A DNA stretch of 64,000 bases from the NCBI RefSeq assembly GCF_009914755.1, contig NC_060932.1. One strand, 5' to 3'. Below, one piece after another: positions 13,220 through 26,823 of the stretch. The DNA comes from the human T2T-CHM13v2.0 reference genome, Homo sapiens. A model generated the notes under the pieces. That model saw nothing but the letters and a program-made list of their open reading frames with translations, was not told where the DNA came from and did no database searches. Each line of letters starts with the position of its first letter. Positions within the stretch are counted from its first letter, which is position 1. Both the position numbers and the translations under genes were made by a program.

Positions 13220-13455
13220 TCCTTCAGGGTTAGCACAAATGCCAGCCCTTGCAGAGTGCTCCTCCTCCCACTTGTCCTCCCCTCAGAGGAGGCTCTCCCT
13301 TCTCCTGTTATTTTTACTTCTTAAAGCACTTCCCATCTACCTTGCTTCATGGTTGTCAATGTATAGATCTCATCACCTTTGCAGTTGTATGAAGGCAGAG
13401 TCACTGCCTGTCTTCTAAGGTCCATGGCCCGACCATGAGGTCTGACCCCCAAGAG
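13220..13455 (+). mobile_element. L2 fragment
   Basis: Pyrimidine-rich L2-like body, 'tatgaaggcagagtcactgcctgtc'. Confidence 0.4.
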
Positions 13456-14519
13456 ATTCACACAATGTTCAGTGGGGGAAGAACTCTTTCAGGTTACTAA
13501 GTTTCCTCCTCTGTAGCATCAGGGCACTGGTTCCACCTTCTCACTATCCCTCAGATCCACTTTGGAAAATCTGTTTTGGAGATGAAGAAACAAATTCCAA
13601 AAGGCTGGCTTGTTTACAGTCTCACAGCTGGTGAGTAGCAGAAGAGGAAACACCATCTCTCTCTCCTGCCCACGTTAGCTCCATTGTCCTGCAAGGCTAT
13701 GAGCTAAGGACAAGCAGCCCTACAGCACCATTTCCATTAGGAGATGTTAACACAGCTCTGATGAAACTAAAACTCAGTTAACATAATTAGAGACCTCCAC
13801 ATCCTGCTACTGCTTCCTTCTCTCCCCTCATCATTCCTATTTCTTACCCCCAGAAGCACTTAAAAGCTGTTTAAGGTGAACTGTGTTTAGACATGTGGCT
13901 GTCACTATTGTTAAGGATGTTTGCAAGGGGGTCTCAGTACACCCTGCACAATCACTGTCTGCCAGGATCTCTGTGTCTACCTATGTTTACATCACGCCTA
14001 TCACTGGCACATCAGCAGCCTTTGACAAACAAGCTGGGAAGTGCGGGAAGAAAAGAAAAAAGTTGTTTGTGACTGATGCTATTAATTATCGCTTCGTTAC
14101 ACCAGGCACTCCTTAAAATGGCACAGAGTGGCTCTCGAGGCCTTTGCACATGTGCATGTATTTGGAGACATCCTCCCCCATTACAACATGATATAAACTG
14201 TAATCATGATGCAATAGACATGAAACTAAGCAGTTCTCACCCACATGGCTGTATAATACCATACCATCTGAGCAGCTGTAACCAAAAAGATTGGACTTAC
14301 TTATTATCTAATAAGGATTTCAGTTGACCCAGTTTAATAGGTGCTGAGAAGACAATGTGAAGGCTAAATAAAAACAATGCTGGATGAAATTGAGGCTTCC
14401 TTAGTAGAAGCAGAAGGTCCAGATCACAAACAGTAAAGACTCTACCATATTTAGCAATGGGCAGACCACACTTGCTGGATTGTGTTAAACCCACAAGGCC
14501 TGCAGAAACCCTGGAGGAG

Positions 14520-14690
14520 GGGGAGTCCAGACAAGGGTAGCCAAGATGGTAACAGTCTGGTAACCAGTCATATGAGACATGTGGAAGGAATAAAATGTGC
14601 GTAATCTGGAGAACAGGCTGCTACAGGGAAATAAGATCACTATCTTAAGATGTGTGTTCTCTGTGGCTCCAGATGCCTGGGCTAGTGTGG
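14520..14690 (+). mobile_element. L3/CR1 fragment
   Basis: 'gtccagacaagggtagccaagatggt...gtcatatgag...ctggagaacagg' resembles the CR1/L3 ORF2 3' region. Confidence 0.5.
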
Positions 14691-15091
14691 TACAAATGGA
14701 GACACTTAATTATGACCCTGAGATGACATAGCAGAGGACATCATCAGAAACAGCTAATCCACGGTGTGCCCAATTTTGCAGCCTGGGATACCATTGAAAT
14801 CTTAGGGAATATAGCTCAAGTCCTATAGTGCTGCAACCCTCCCAAAGAGTTATGTGAGCAACCAAGAGGTTACCTCTCCTGGTCATCTCTGTCTCTAGGC
14901 TGCTGTTTCTGTTAATGCTATCTGTTCCCTGTCCACAGAAGTTCAGGGATGAAATGAACACACACGCACATATCACTCTACAGAGCAATATGATCTAGTA
15001 GACTCCCCTAAAAATGGGAGAGGAAGATGCCGGAGGAGGGGTTTACATTGTCACACCAGCAACTTCAAATGGGGCAGTAAGCATCTTTATT

Positions 15092-15601
<510 letters not shown>

Positions 15602-15924
15602 TAAATCCTGAAATCCTTGTCCTTTGGTCTCCCCACCATCCTGGAGTTTCACTGAACCTTTACTTCATCCAACCCAAGCCTCTCCCCTCTTCCTGGCTTC
15701 TCTCTTTTACCTTTCCCCTTTCTTCTCTTCTCTTTCTTCCTGTCTTTTAGGGAAAAAAAGCCATTCATTCCTCTCCTTGTCACATACAGAGCAGCTTTCC
15801 CGCTCCATATCTCAGCATCCGACAGTAATATTGACAAAGTGACCACATGCCCAGTGGGCTTACCAAGATCTTCCATAAACCTAGATATTGCCTTCCACAA
15901 GGAAGTTCTGGTGTTAAATGTTAA

Positions 15925-16130
15925 GAAAGCAGCATTTCACCAATCCTATGAGAGCCTGAGAAGGAATGTTTTCATGAACAAGTAAATTTGGAAAATGGTG
16001 CATATTGAAGACCCTTCTTGGAGATTCACAACACAAAGGATCTTGTCGAAGTGTCAAGTCCTCCAGTAAAGACCCATGTTTAACTCTGTGTAACACAATA
16101 TTTCTGGAGCTCATTGGGCCATGGGTTAAT
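15925..16130. mobile_element. Old hAT-Charlie-type MITE remnant (MER112/113-like)
   Basis: 'aagtaaatttggaaaatggtgcatatt...cccttcttggagattcacaa...tgtttaactctgtgtaac'. Confidence 0.4.
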
Positions 16131-16288
16131 AAGGACACTGCTGATGACTTACAAAATATGCCTTAGGATGTGCACAGAAAAGGCCCAAGCCTGCCCAAGG
16201 AGACATGTGAGGAGGCCCTGGGAGCAGAAATGCTGGAAAGAATGAGTCCCCTTGTTGCAGCAGGAAATCTTTCCCTAGCCCCACCTCA

Positions 16289-16538
16289 CTGAGTGACCTT
16301 GGGCCCATCCCATCTTCTCCAGGGCCTCAGAATTATAGGCTGGCTGGGCTTCGTGCTCTTCCTGACATTATTTATGACATAAGCCTGGTCACCCCTGTCC
16401 TGTAACTGCCTCACAGAGGTGCTCTAAGGATAAATAAGTCCATTATCTGCAGAATGCTGAGAGCTCCTTTGAGGGAGGCTTTACATAAATGCACAGTTAT
16501 TCTTGTGCTTATATTAAGTCAGTTATCAACCTTTTGAG
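16289..16538 (+). repeat. Arm B of long-range inverted repeat (ancient MIR-class SINE derivative)
   Basis: MIR-core 'gtgaccttgggc...gcctcag', 'ctgcctcacagaggtgctctaaggataaat'; reverse complement of 5234-5481. Confidence 0.95.
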
Positions 16539-16731
16539 CCAGTCCAGTTTTCTGCACAGGTTGTATGGAATAGTAAGAGAGAAACAGGTGATGCATCCTC
16601 GAAACAAGTGGTGTAGCTTTCAGTCCAGTTTGAGATGGCATGTCTACACACCTCTGTGCACACACAGCACACACACACACACACCAGGGAGACACTCTGA
16701 GGATTCAATATTTAAGTTAAACATTATTGTT

Positions 16732-17107
16732 TGTCTTAGTCCATTTTGTGCTGCTATAACAGAATATCACAGACTAGGTAGTTTATAATGAGCAAAAATT
16801 TATTTTTCATGGTTCTAGAGGCCAGGAAGTCCAAGATCAAGGCAACAGTATCTGGCAAGGGCCTTCTTGCTGTATTATCACATGGCGGAAAGCATCACAT
16901 GACAAAGGGGCAAAGAGAGACAGAGACAGAAATGAAACCACTCCAGCAATAACAAACCCACTCCAACAATAGCAGCATGATTCCACTCATGAGAGTGAAG
17001 CCCTCATGATGTAAACACCTCTTAAAGGTTCCACCTCCCAATTCCATCACAATGGCAATTAAATTTCAACGTGACTTTTGGAGGGGACAGATATTCAAGC
17101 CATAGCA
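16732..17107 (-). mobile_element. MaLR solo LTR, MSTD/MLT1A-like
   Basis: 'tgtcttagtccattttgtgctgctataacagaata' ... 'attcaagccatagca'. Confidence 0.85.
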
Positions 17108-18092
17108 GTGTGTGACTGCTATCAGATTCCTTCATCTCTACATGCTTTTGCTTTAGTCATGGGATCCTCCTTCTAACATGTTTACAAAGTGTGCATGGGA
17201 GGCATGTAGGAGGAGATGGCCTAAGTCACACAGTAAAGAGGAAGTGGGTAAAGTTCAGGCCATGATGAAGACTGTTGCAAGGATTCTTCCAAAGCTGAGT
17301 CCATGACCTTTTGGCTAAGTTATAATGTTGGGTACCACCAGCACTTGACTTCTATTTAATATAATTCTGCTAAGCATACTGGCTCAATTTCTGACCCGAG
17401 TAACCTATGCCACTAGGGACTGGAAAAGCACCTTTCTCCTGGGGCAACAGCCCCAAAAGCTGAAATGAAAAGTCTATTTTTCTATTGCCATCTTCTGCAA
17501 GGTGGCCCAACAATTCAATAGGAAAAACTTAGTTTTTTCTCCTCATCCTTCAAATATAAAACACACCCTATCGAACTGTCTAAAATGTCCTAGCACTTGT
17601 AAAACACATCTGCTGTTTCTTCTGATTCTGTAGAATTATCTTACCTTTGTCAACACCCAGGCAAGACCAGAATTAAGCTTTTCATCTGAAGCAGAGTTTG
17701 ACATAAGCTTAGGGCATCAGATCTCAATGGAACAAGAAATGAATCCTTGAAAGCACCAAGAATATAAGAGAGGGACCCACACCAGAAGTAATCGAGAGTA
17801 TCACAAGGGGACAATGATTCCTGCAACTGTATGCAAACTGGAGGAGAACTAGCAGCTGAACCTGAAGATGTCTGACCTTGAGGGTTTTATTTAATTCCTA
17901 TCCAAGGATGCCAACAGGTCTCAGAGATGGGGGGGTGCACTGCCCCTATGTTGCCCAAGGTTAGAGACACAAAAGCTCAGAGGGTTGAGTAGATGACTGT
18001 CATCTCCCCAAAAGCCATGATATCTTTTCAGCCTATCCCTTCCCTGTCTACAGCCAGTTCTGCACACATTCCCCGCATCTTCCTACACCAAG

Positions 18093-18806
18093 TGTATTAG
18101 TCTGTTTTCACACTGCTGTAAAGGTACTACCCGATGACCAGGTGCAGTGGCTCACACCTGTAATCCCAGGACTTTGGGAGGCCGAGGCGGCCGGATCACC
18201 TGAGGTCAGGAGTTTGAGACCAGCCTGGCCAACAAGGTGAAACCCCGTCTCTACTAAAAATGCAAAAATTAGCCAGGTGTTGTTGTGGGCATCTTTAATC
18301 CCAGCTACACGGGAAGCTAAGCCACAAGAATCACTTGAACCTGCGAGGCGGAGGTTGCAGAGAGCTGAGATCGCACCACTGCACTCCAGCCTGGGAGACA
18401 GAGTGAGACCTTGTCTGCAAATAAATAAATAAATAAAAATAAAAAATAAAAAAAAAAGATACTACTCGAGACTGGGTAATTTATAAAGGAAAGAGGTTTC
18501 ATTGACTCAGTTCTGCATGGCTGGGAAGGCCTCAAGAAACTTAAAATCATGACAGAAAGGGAAGCAGTTATGTCTTACATGACGGTAGGAGACACAGGAG
18601 AAAGTGAAGGGGAAAGAGCTCCTTATAAAACCATCAGATCTCGTGACAGCTCAGTCACTATCATGAGAACAGCATGGGGAAAACCAACCCTGTGATCCAA
18701 TCATCTCCCTTCTTTGACACGTGGGGATTACAAGTCCCTCCCTCCACATGTGGGGATTACAATTCAAGATGAGATTTGGGTGGGGACACAGAGCCAAGCC
18801 ATATCA
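18093..18806 (-). mobile_element. THE1 (THE1D-like) solo LTR interrupted by Alu
   Basis: 'tgtattagtctgttttcacactgct' ... 'gagatttgggtggggacacagagccaagccatatca'. Confidence 0.9.
18136..18457 (+). mobile_element. AluS nested in THE1
   Basis: Full dimer with (AAAT)n tail; TSD aaaggtactacccga / aaagatactactcga. Confidence 0.95.
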
Positions 18807-19439
18807 CCTAACAAAGGTTTGTTTCCCCAAAAGTCTCAAGCCAAACTCAGTGAAGAACTGGACATAAGAACAGTGGGAGACTCTGCATACATTCTGTGTC
18901 TAGCTGAGCACAGCAGCTATAAAGAAGAAAGTTCTATTTCCTCAGGTGGCGAAGCATGGTGGAGCTGGGCCTCCCACTGGACTGGGGTCTGTGCCCCTTG
19001 AGGATAAAGGAGAGAATCAAGCTCAGTGGGGAAATGGGAACATTGAAATCAAACCTCACCAGCTGCACAGGTTTCCTAGGGCTGAGATTGCCTTTACTGA
19101 TTATAGAAACTTCGTCAAACTTTGTATAAACAGAAATGCACAATAGGAAGAGATGCATTTTTCATGGGCCACAGTTTGCAGTCCCCCCAGGAAGTGCTTC
19201 CTACACTTAGGGCCACGAGTCGTTGACATAGACCCAGATTCTCTCCCCTGCAGCTCCTCTTTGCTGGGGAAGGTTGGGATCAGCCCCATGATGCTTGCTA
19301 CCAGAAATACATGGTGACCAGCAGGGAAAGTGGATAGTAGCTCAAGAGGACACACCTGTCTGCTCCTTCAGCTCTTCCCTCCTGAGTCAAGAGGAATCAG
19401 AAACATCCACTCCAAGGGGAAGAACCTGTAACTGGATCA

Positions 19440-19761
19440 GCTACTGTGCTTTCAAAAGAGCTTAGCCGCTGGGCACATGTGACCAGGGAGCATTTGCAAT
19501 GTGGCTAGTCAGAAATGAGGCACACGATAAGTGGAAAATGCACACTGGATTTTGAATACTATGCACAAAAAAAATGTAAAATATCTCATTGATTTTTATA
19601 TTACTTTTTTCATATTGCTTGTATTTTAAATATATCAGGTTAAATAAAATTTGTTATTCAGAGTAATTTCACTTCTTTATTTTTACTTTTTTATAATGTG
19701 GCTCCTAAATAATTTAAAACTGCACATGGGGCCTGCATTATATTTCTATTGGACAGCCCTG
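19440..19761. mobile_element. MER33-like hAT-Charlie MITE
   Basis: 'aatgtggctagt', 'cacactggattttgaa', ends 'cattatatttctattggacagccctg'. Confidence 0.75.
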
Positions 19762-20302
19762 AACTGGAGGATAAACATCAATGAAGGAAACAGACAAGGA
19801 CTGCCAGGTCATTCCACTCTGAGCACGCCATGTATGGAAAGTACTTAATGACAAGTGTGCCTCATTTTATTCAGCAAACTTGAAGGTCAACATAAAGAAA
19901 TGGGAAGACAGTAGGCCTAAGCACCAAGAGTCCAGGCCCGGGAACTCCACCAGCCAGATGTGGGCCAGGAGTGGGAGTCAAACCAAAGCACAGCCTCCAA
20001 TTAGCCCATCATCTCCCACTTCTTCCTCTCAGAAGATCTGGACTTTCCTGATGCAAAAGACCCCACGGCCAGCATTTCCTATCCAATCCCCACCGATGGC
20101 TGTTGTAGGCTTCTGAAAAATCAGAACAGGTTAAGTTGCTCAGACTCAACCTTTGGGGTCCTTTCTGGATATAGTGGGAAATGTGGGATTTGTGGTTGGA
20201 CAAATCTGGAGTCAGATTTCAGTTCTGCTGTTGACAAGTCCCACGTGCTTAGACAAGAAACTAAACCTCTCTGAGTTGTCATTTCTTCCTATGTAAACTA
20301 GG

Positions 20303-20350
20303 TATTAGGATGGTGCAAAAGTAATTGCAGATTTTGCCATTACCTTTAAT
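20303..20350. mobile_element. MADE1 (Hsmar1 mariner MITE), one arm only
   Basis: 'ta ttaggatggtgcaaaagtaattgcagattttgccattacctttaat' matches the Hsmar1/MADE1 terminal inverted repeat. Confidence 0.85.
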
Positions 20351-21020
20351 AAAATAATTTATTTTATTGTATTAAATTTTTGAACTTTAATAAATTTATT
20401 TTATTAGATTATTAATAAAAGAAATTATTTTATTTGATTATTAATAGAAATTATTTATTTTATTTGATTATTAATAAAATAATTTATTTTATTTGATTAT
20501 TAATAAAATAATTTATTTTATTTGATTATTAATAAAATAAATAATTTATTTTATTTTATTATTAATAAAATAAATAATTTATTTTATTTGATTATTAATA
20601 AAATAAATTATTTATTTTATTTGATTATTAATAAAATAAATTATTTATTTTATTTGATTATTAATAAAATAAATTATTTATTTTATTTGATTATTAATAA
20701 AATAAATTATTTGATTATTAATAAAATAAATTATTTGATTATTAATAAAATAAATAATTTTATTTGATTATTAATAAAATAAATAATTTATTTTATTTGA
20801 TTATTAATAAAATAAATAATTTTATTTGATTACTAATAAAATAAATAATTTATTTTATTTGATTATTAATAAAATAAATTATTTATTTTACTATTGTTTA
20901 TTGATTCTATATATTTATACATTTATTTTATTAATAAAATTAATCAAATAATTTATTTTACTATTGTTTATTTTCTATATATATTTATATAATTATTTCA
21001 TTATTACTAAAATAAATCAA
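20351..21020. repeat. AT-rich minisatellite, 33-bp internally palindromic unit
   Basis: Unit ttgattattaataaaataaattatttattttat with shorter deletion variants; edges degenerate. Confidence 0.95.
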
Positions 21021-22421
21021 AGCTCCAGTAAAAACTTCACTGGACACATTCAAGTGCTTACACAGAACCTGGCACATAAATGGTACCTATTATGGCTCTA
21101 TGTTCTATGAAATTGTATATTCTTCATTTTGTTGAATTAATCTCTATTTTAAATGCAGTAGAGGAGCTGGCTGTGTAAAGGACACTTCCTCTAAATCCTC
21201 ATCAAATGGCAAAGAGTACTTCCCTAACGAAAAGAACTGCTCCCTGATTCCCTGTCCCAATATTCTCCTATGCATTGGGAAACCCTCCTCTCTTCAATAA
21301 TTAGTTTTTATGCATCCAGATTTTTTATACCTGAGCTCTCACATTTACCTCAAGCGAGGCACATGAGTATCCAACTCTCCATAAGGTTCCCAATGCAAGA
21401 CTTTTTCTGTATCCCAGGTGGCAAGGCAGAGAAAGAAAATCCCCGAACCAAGCTTTCCCCAAAGGCCTGGTGGGGCTGGGAGGCAGAGACAGCCCAGGAA
21501 GAGGTCTTCACAGGGAAGTGGAGAGAGCAAAGGAGGAAGAAAAACAAACACAGTTTTAATTAAACACAGTGTATCTAAATCAGGGAGGTATGTTCAGAGA
21601 GCAAGGAAGGGTGAAATGGAATTTCTAGAAGAAAACAACTTTCTTCACCTTCTTAGTTTCATTAACATTGAAATGAACCCCCTGAGGAGAAGGAGCCAGG
21701 CCCTACTGCAGGGGAGGAGAGAAAGCTGCCCTGCGCCTCTATGGGGCTTTGTACTCTTTGGCACTGGATCCACCAACACAGGGCACCCCTCCTGGAGCCA
21801 GCTCTTGGGGGCATCTGCCCTGCCTGTGCATCTGGGGGATTCATTCTGGCCATAGGCAGCCGAGAAGTGGGACCTGTGTGGTGGGTGTCAGGGATGGGCA
21901 GGGACTCTTATCTGGGCCCATCCAGCTCCCTGCCTGGCTCTCCCCACTCCTTTGCAGAGCCATCCCCACTGCTGGGATGTTTGGGGTGCAGCAGGAATTG
22001 CCAGTCTCTGCAGCTCTCCTCTCCCCGGCTCAGGAAACTTGACTTCATGCTTGCCTGGAAACCCACCTTCCAGCCCTGCCCTCGCTGAGACCTGTGAGAC
22101 GGAAGAGGTTCTAGGCCCACCTCAGGGTCTCAGCAGGTGAGTCTCACTTGCCGCTAATTTGGCCTCAAGTCTGATAGTTGAATGGCTCCCTAACCTCTGG
22201 CTGCTGGTCCCACCCTGCACCCAGTTCTTACCACAGTGCTTCTGTCTTCTTCCTTCTCTCTGTGCCAAAGCCTTGAAAAGTGTCCTGAGTCCCTTTCTCT
22301 CCTTTGTCACCACCCTCTAGTGCCCCCTGAACATCAGCCCTGAGACTGGCTCTTTGCCAGGAGAAGTACCCTGCCCCTTCTTCCTCATCCCAGTGCTTTT
22401 CACCACCTATTTGGAAACTAT

Positions 22422-23054
22422 TATAACTGCCCAATGGGTTCTCCTTGCCCACTGCCCAGCTACGGCTGATTTATCAAGACAAGGGACTTGCAATAGAGAA
22501 TGAGTTTAATACATAGAGCCAGCTAAACAGAAGACTGGAGTTTTATTATTACTCAAATCAGCCTCCTTGAAAATTCAGAGGCTAGGTCTTTTTAAAAATA
22601 GTTTGGCAGGCAGGGGCTAGGGAATGGGGAATACTGATTGGTTGGGTCAGGGATAAAATGATAGGGGATTGAAGCCATCCTCTTGCACTGAGCCAGTTCC
22701 TACGTGGGAGCCACAAGACCAGATGAGCCACTTTACCAGTCTGGGTGGTGCCAGCTGATGCATCAGAATGCAAGGTCTGGAAAATATCTCAAACACCAAT
22801 CTTAGGTCTTAGAATAGTAATGTTAGCCATCAAAGCAACTGGGGAGGTTAGGAATGCTATGGCCTCTGACTGAATGACTCCTGAGCCATAATTTCTAATT
22901 TTGTGGCTAATATGTCAGTTTTACATAGTTCAGCCTATGTTCAGGAATGAACAAGGACAGCTTGGAAGTTAAAGGCAAGATGGAGTTGGTTAGGTCAGAT
23001 CACCTTCACTGTCATAATGTTCTCACTGTTATCATCTTTGCAAAGGCAGTTTCA
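22422..23054 (-). mobile_element. ERV1 solo LTR, LTR8 family
   Basis: 'tataactgcccaatgggttc' ... 'ttgcaaaggcagtttca'; 4-bp TSD ctat on both sides. Confidence 0.88.
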
Positions 23055-23318
23055 CTATTTGTCATCTCTTGCTTTGGCATAATGCCTGACCCACAGTACA
23101 GGGTTAATAAATGTGTGTGAAGTGGATGGATGATTGGATAAGTGAACCTGACTGGGGACTTGGGAAGGCTTCAGGTAGAGCCAGCTTCGCGTACTTGAAT
23201 GTCATCCTTAATCTGTGGCCTGCTAAGAGTCTCCAGTTTTTGTATGGATAATGCCCGGACTATGACAACTTGCCTTGAAACTCCCTCTATTAAACAACCA
23301 AAACACATTCATAGCTAT

Positions 23319-23770
23319 TGTTGACCTAAAAGGAAGAATCTGAGGCCACATTAGTGTAAGTAGAAAGGTATTTGGGCCAAACTTGAAATTGCAACTCGGG
23401 AGCACAGAATCAAGTTGTCCTGAATATACACTTTGATTAGCAGCAGTTACAAGTGGATTTTTAAAGGCAAAACAGGGGACAAGGAGTGGATTGATACAAA
23501 GTTGTTCGTCAGGAATTCTCACTGGTTTACAGAAATAACATTGATTAGTGATTGGCTAGACATTGTTAAGCAATAGGTTGTGGCTGATAGTGTCTGGTGT
23601 GGCATTATGAGGTTAATTTATAGCCTGTAGTAATAGCAAGCAGTTTCAAGAGAAGAATACGTAGCTCAAGGGGGAAGTAGGATGTGATTGCTGTCTCATT
23701 TTAATATCTCTCTGGGCCTGCTAATTAAAAGGACTCCCATTCCTCAGATAAAAGTTCTTTTCTTTTCTCA
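23319..23770 (-). mobile_element. ERV1 solo LTR, MER31-like
   Basis: 'tgttgacctaaaaggaagaa' ... 'cattcctcagataaaagttcttttcttttctca'; TSD ctat / ccat. Confidence 0.8.
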
Positions 23771-24339
23771 CCATCCAGTAAACAACCAGTCCCAATACTG
23801 ATGCTCAATGAGACACTGGCCAGCTGGCTGGTAAAGTTTAGCAGCATCTCAACTGACTTGATCCGCTCTGCATTTAGAGCAGGGACTGGCCAGTGCAAAG
23901 AAGGAGGAGGAGGTGCTACTTTAACTACACTTCCCCCATTATTTGCGATTCAAAAACTTCCATTGAACAACCTCATTGAACTGGCCGTGCAAATTTCCTA
24001 AATATTTTCTAAATGAATGACCATAAATTTGAAAGCAAATTCAAGGTCCCTGGGGCAATGGAAAAAGTCTACAAGGAAAATCCACAAGGTAGAAGAGGGG
24101 CCTTATCCAGTATAACCCAAGAAGAAGAATCATAAAGGGGAAGTAGTCAAAACAAAGCTTTATATCATTTGGTTTTGCATAATTAATAAATGTCTGTAAT
24201 CACATTTATTTGTATTTCATCTAGTTCCATTTCAACATCAAATTTTGATAATTCATGGTATGAAAATGGAAATTAAAAGTTCAGCACTATGATTTTTCTA
24301 TGAATAATTAGGAATAGAAATAAGAAGAAATGGAGATTC

Positions 24340-24847
24340 AAAGTATCTTGGCTAATTCTTTGTACATATCCCTTCCAGAAGTCAAGATTAATTCTCCTTT
24401 CCTTGAGAGTGAGCTAGACATAGTGATTCACTTCTATCAAATAGAATATGGCAAAAGTGATGGTATATGACTCCCAGGTCAAAAGGAGCATTATTGCTTT
24501 CTCCTGGCTATATCTTGGATCACTTGCTTTTGAGGAAATCAGCTGCCACATGGTAAGAAAACTCAAGCAAACTTTTTCAGAGGTCCATGTGGCAATAGCC
24601 TGCCAATAGCCAGAGAGGAACCAAGGCCATGTTAGGAAGTGAGTCATCTTGGGAAGAACTTCTCTAGCCCTGCTCAAGCTTCAGAGGATGTCAACTTAGC
24701 CAATGTCTTAAATGCAACCTCATGAAAGATGCTGAGTCAGAATCACCCATATATAAGCTGTTCCCAAATTCCTGTCCCACATAAACTGCAAGATAGTAAC
24801 CACTACACTTTGGGTAATGTCATATAGAGCAACAGATAACTGATACA
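24340..24847 (+). mobile_element. MaLR LTR, MLT1F-like
   Basis: 'tagtgattcacttcta...atagaatatggcaaaagtgatgg'; ends 'cagataactgataca'. Confidence 0.8.
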
Positions 24848-26004
24848 GAAGATGAGATACCTTGATGCTCCAAACAAGATTAAAACTGACGACCAAAAGT
24901 TGTGGCAGACTTTTTCACACCAACCAGAAGCTACAGCTACTGTCTGAATGAAAGGAAAAACTTGCCTCTCTCGGCTTGTTTGGCTGGGTCCTCTTATCCC
25001 ACACATTAAGCCCATAGGGACTCTTCCATAGCCCTTCCTATGGGAGGGGCTACGGAAGATCTCCTAGCCAGAGATCTTTCCCATGGCCTCAGACAAAATT
25101 TTAAAGAAGACCCAACCTGCCAATAAGTTAAAACATGCTGCTGTTATCACCATCAACCCTCTAAGCAAATCCCTCCATTTTTGGTAGTTGGGAGTAAAAT
25201 TCATCATTCTATAGCCATAAAACAACACATTCCAAGAGCATCTTTTTGCCTTCCCAACTTCTCTTATAAGTTGTTAATACAGCTTGAGTCGAGTGTAAGT
25301 TATTCAGTATACCTATTTGGGAAGCACGATATTTCTAGGGGTCATCAAAAGGGAGGAAACCCTCCTTCTGCCCTATGAATAACTCCCCTTAATTTTATCT
25401 ATATGGCGGGGGCAGTTAGAGACAAGAGAGGACCTATGGTTTCCATGTATTGAACTCTGCTAACATGAAGTTCAACTATATCCCCACCTCCTCCCTCTTT
25501 GCTTGTTACTCCTCCAGTTTTTGCACATGTAAGATGCCCTCCTTCTGAGTCCCTTTCCTAATGGCACAGCACAGGCAGCTTTTGTGAGTAGCTACTTCTC
25601 CTCCCAGCAGGCAAAATAATGTCTGTCCTAGTGAAAATTAACTAGGGAGGCCAAAGGCCTGTAAATTGCCATAGGACCAAACCAGATCCACTTTCCTGCT
25701 TTTTATATAGTATCAGCAAGATCAATGACATTTGTTCTGAGGCCTGACAGGTATTAAATTCATCTCATTGTGCTTACTTTGTTTGTCCAATGAACATGCC
25801 TAACAATAACAGAGAAAGGACTCCTCCAAAGCCCCAAAGAAATCCAAGTCTGTATCAGAGTCTATCTATTGTGGTTAGAAGTGCTCAGTGAGCTGCCTGT
25901 TGATTTCCTCCTTAAGTATTGCCAGCACTGGGGTTTCTGAAACTCTGCATCTTGAATGGCATGAAATGGAAGGATAAGTTTGTAGTGAATAAGAAGAAAG
26001 AAAA

Positions 26005-26650
26005 GGAATTGACACTGATTACGTGGCTACTATGTAGTAGTTATTGTACATGTAATCCTCACAACAACCCCTCCAGGGGGGTTATTACATTGCCCATTTT
26101 GCAGATGAGGAAACTGAGCTTCAAGGTAGTTATTTGTCTTAGATGATGTCTTAGTCCATTTGTGTTGCTATAAAGGAGGACCAGAGGCTGGGTAATTTAT
26201 AAAGAAAAGAGATTTATCTGGTTCGTGGTTCTGCAGGCTGTACTCAAAGCATAGTGCCAGCATCTGGTTCTAGTGAGGGCCCCAGGTTGCTTGCACTCAT
26301 GGTGGAAGGCAGAGGGAGTTGGCATGTGCAGAGATTACATTGTAAGAGAGGAGGCCAGAAAGAGAGCGGGGAGGTACCAGGCTCTTTTTAACTACCAGCT
26401 CTCACAGGAACTTATAGAGTGAGAACTCACTCCCCACCCTTCCAGGAAGAGCATGAATCTATTCATGATGGGTCCACCCCCATGACAAAAACGCCTCCCA
26501 TTAGGCTTCACCTCCAACAGTGGGGATAATATTTCAACACGAGGTTTGGAAGTGACAAACATCCAAACCATCACAGACAACATATTTAGTAAAGTGGTAG
26601 AAACAGGACTTGAAACCAGGTCTGTAGGCAAAGTCTATGTGTTTTCACTA
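26005..26650 (-). mobile_element. MIR interrupted by MSTB-like LTR
   Basis: 'taatcctcacaacaaccc...cccattttgcagatgaggaaactgag'; resumes 'tagtaaagtggtagaaacaggacttgaaaccaggtct'. Confidence 0.8.
26147..26575 (-). mobile_element. MaLR solo LTR, MSTB-like
   Basis: 'tgtcttagtccatttgtgttgctataaagga' ... 'aaacatccaaaccatcaca'. Confidence 0.88.
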
Positions 26651-26823
26651 GTGCCTTTTTAGATTATAGGAAGGAAAGACTGAAGACCCCCGGTGAGGGT
26701 TAGAAGTGAGCAAGGGTTCAGGGACATGAAGGATGCACTTAGCTTTCAAATAATCCACAGATTTTTGGCACCAGCTACATGAATGCCTGGTAGATTTTTC
26801 CTTAGTGGTTTCCTCTATTTGTG

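Larger units (their letters stand above)
20190..21095 (+). mobile_element. MIR split by MADE1 half and minisatellite (MIR pieces ~20190-20302 and ~21035-21095)
   Basis: 'tctggagtcagat...aacctctctgag...tttcttcctatgtaaa'; resumes 'aagtgcttacacagaacctggcacata'. Confidence 0.6.

Noticed and set aside
20522-20767. Repetitive ORF (IINKINYLFYL)n and CRISPR-like periodicity
   Set aside because: Product of the 33-bp minisatellite; no unique spacers, no cas genes, eukaryotic context.
22305-22332. CTCF-like sequence (gcactagagggtgg on the minus strand)
   Set aside because: Mismatches at key core positions; not supportable without ChIP data.
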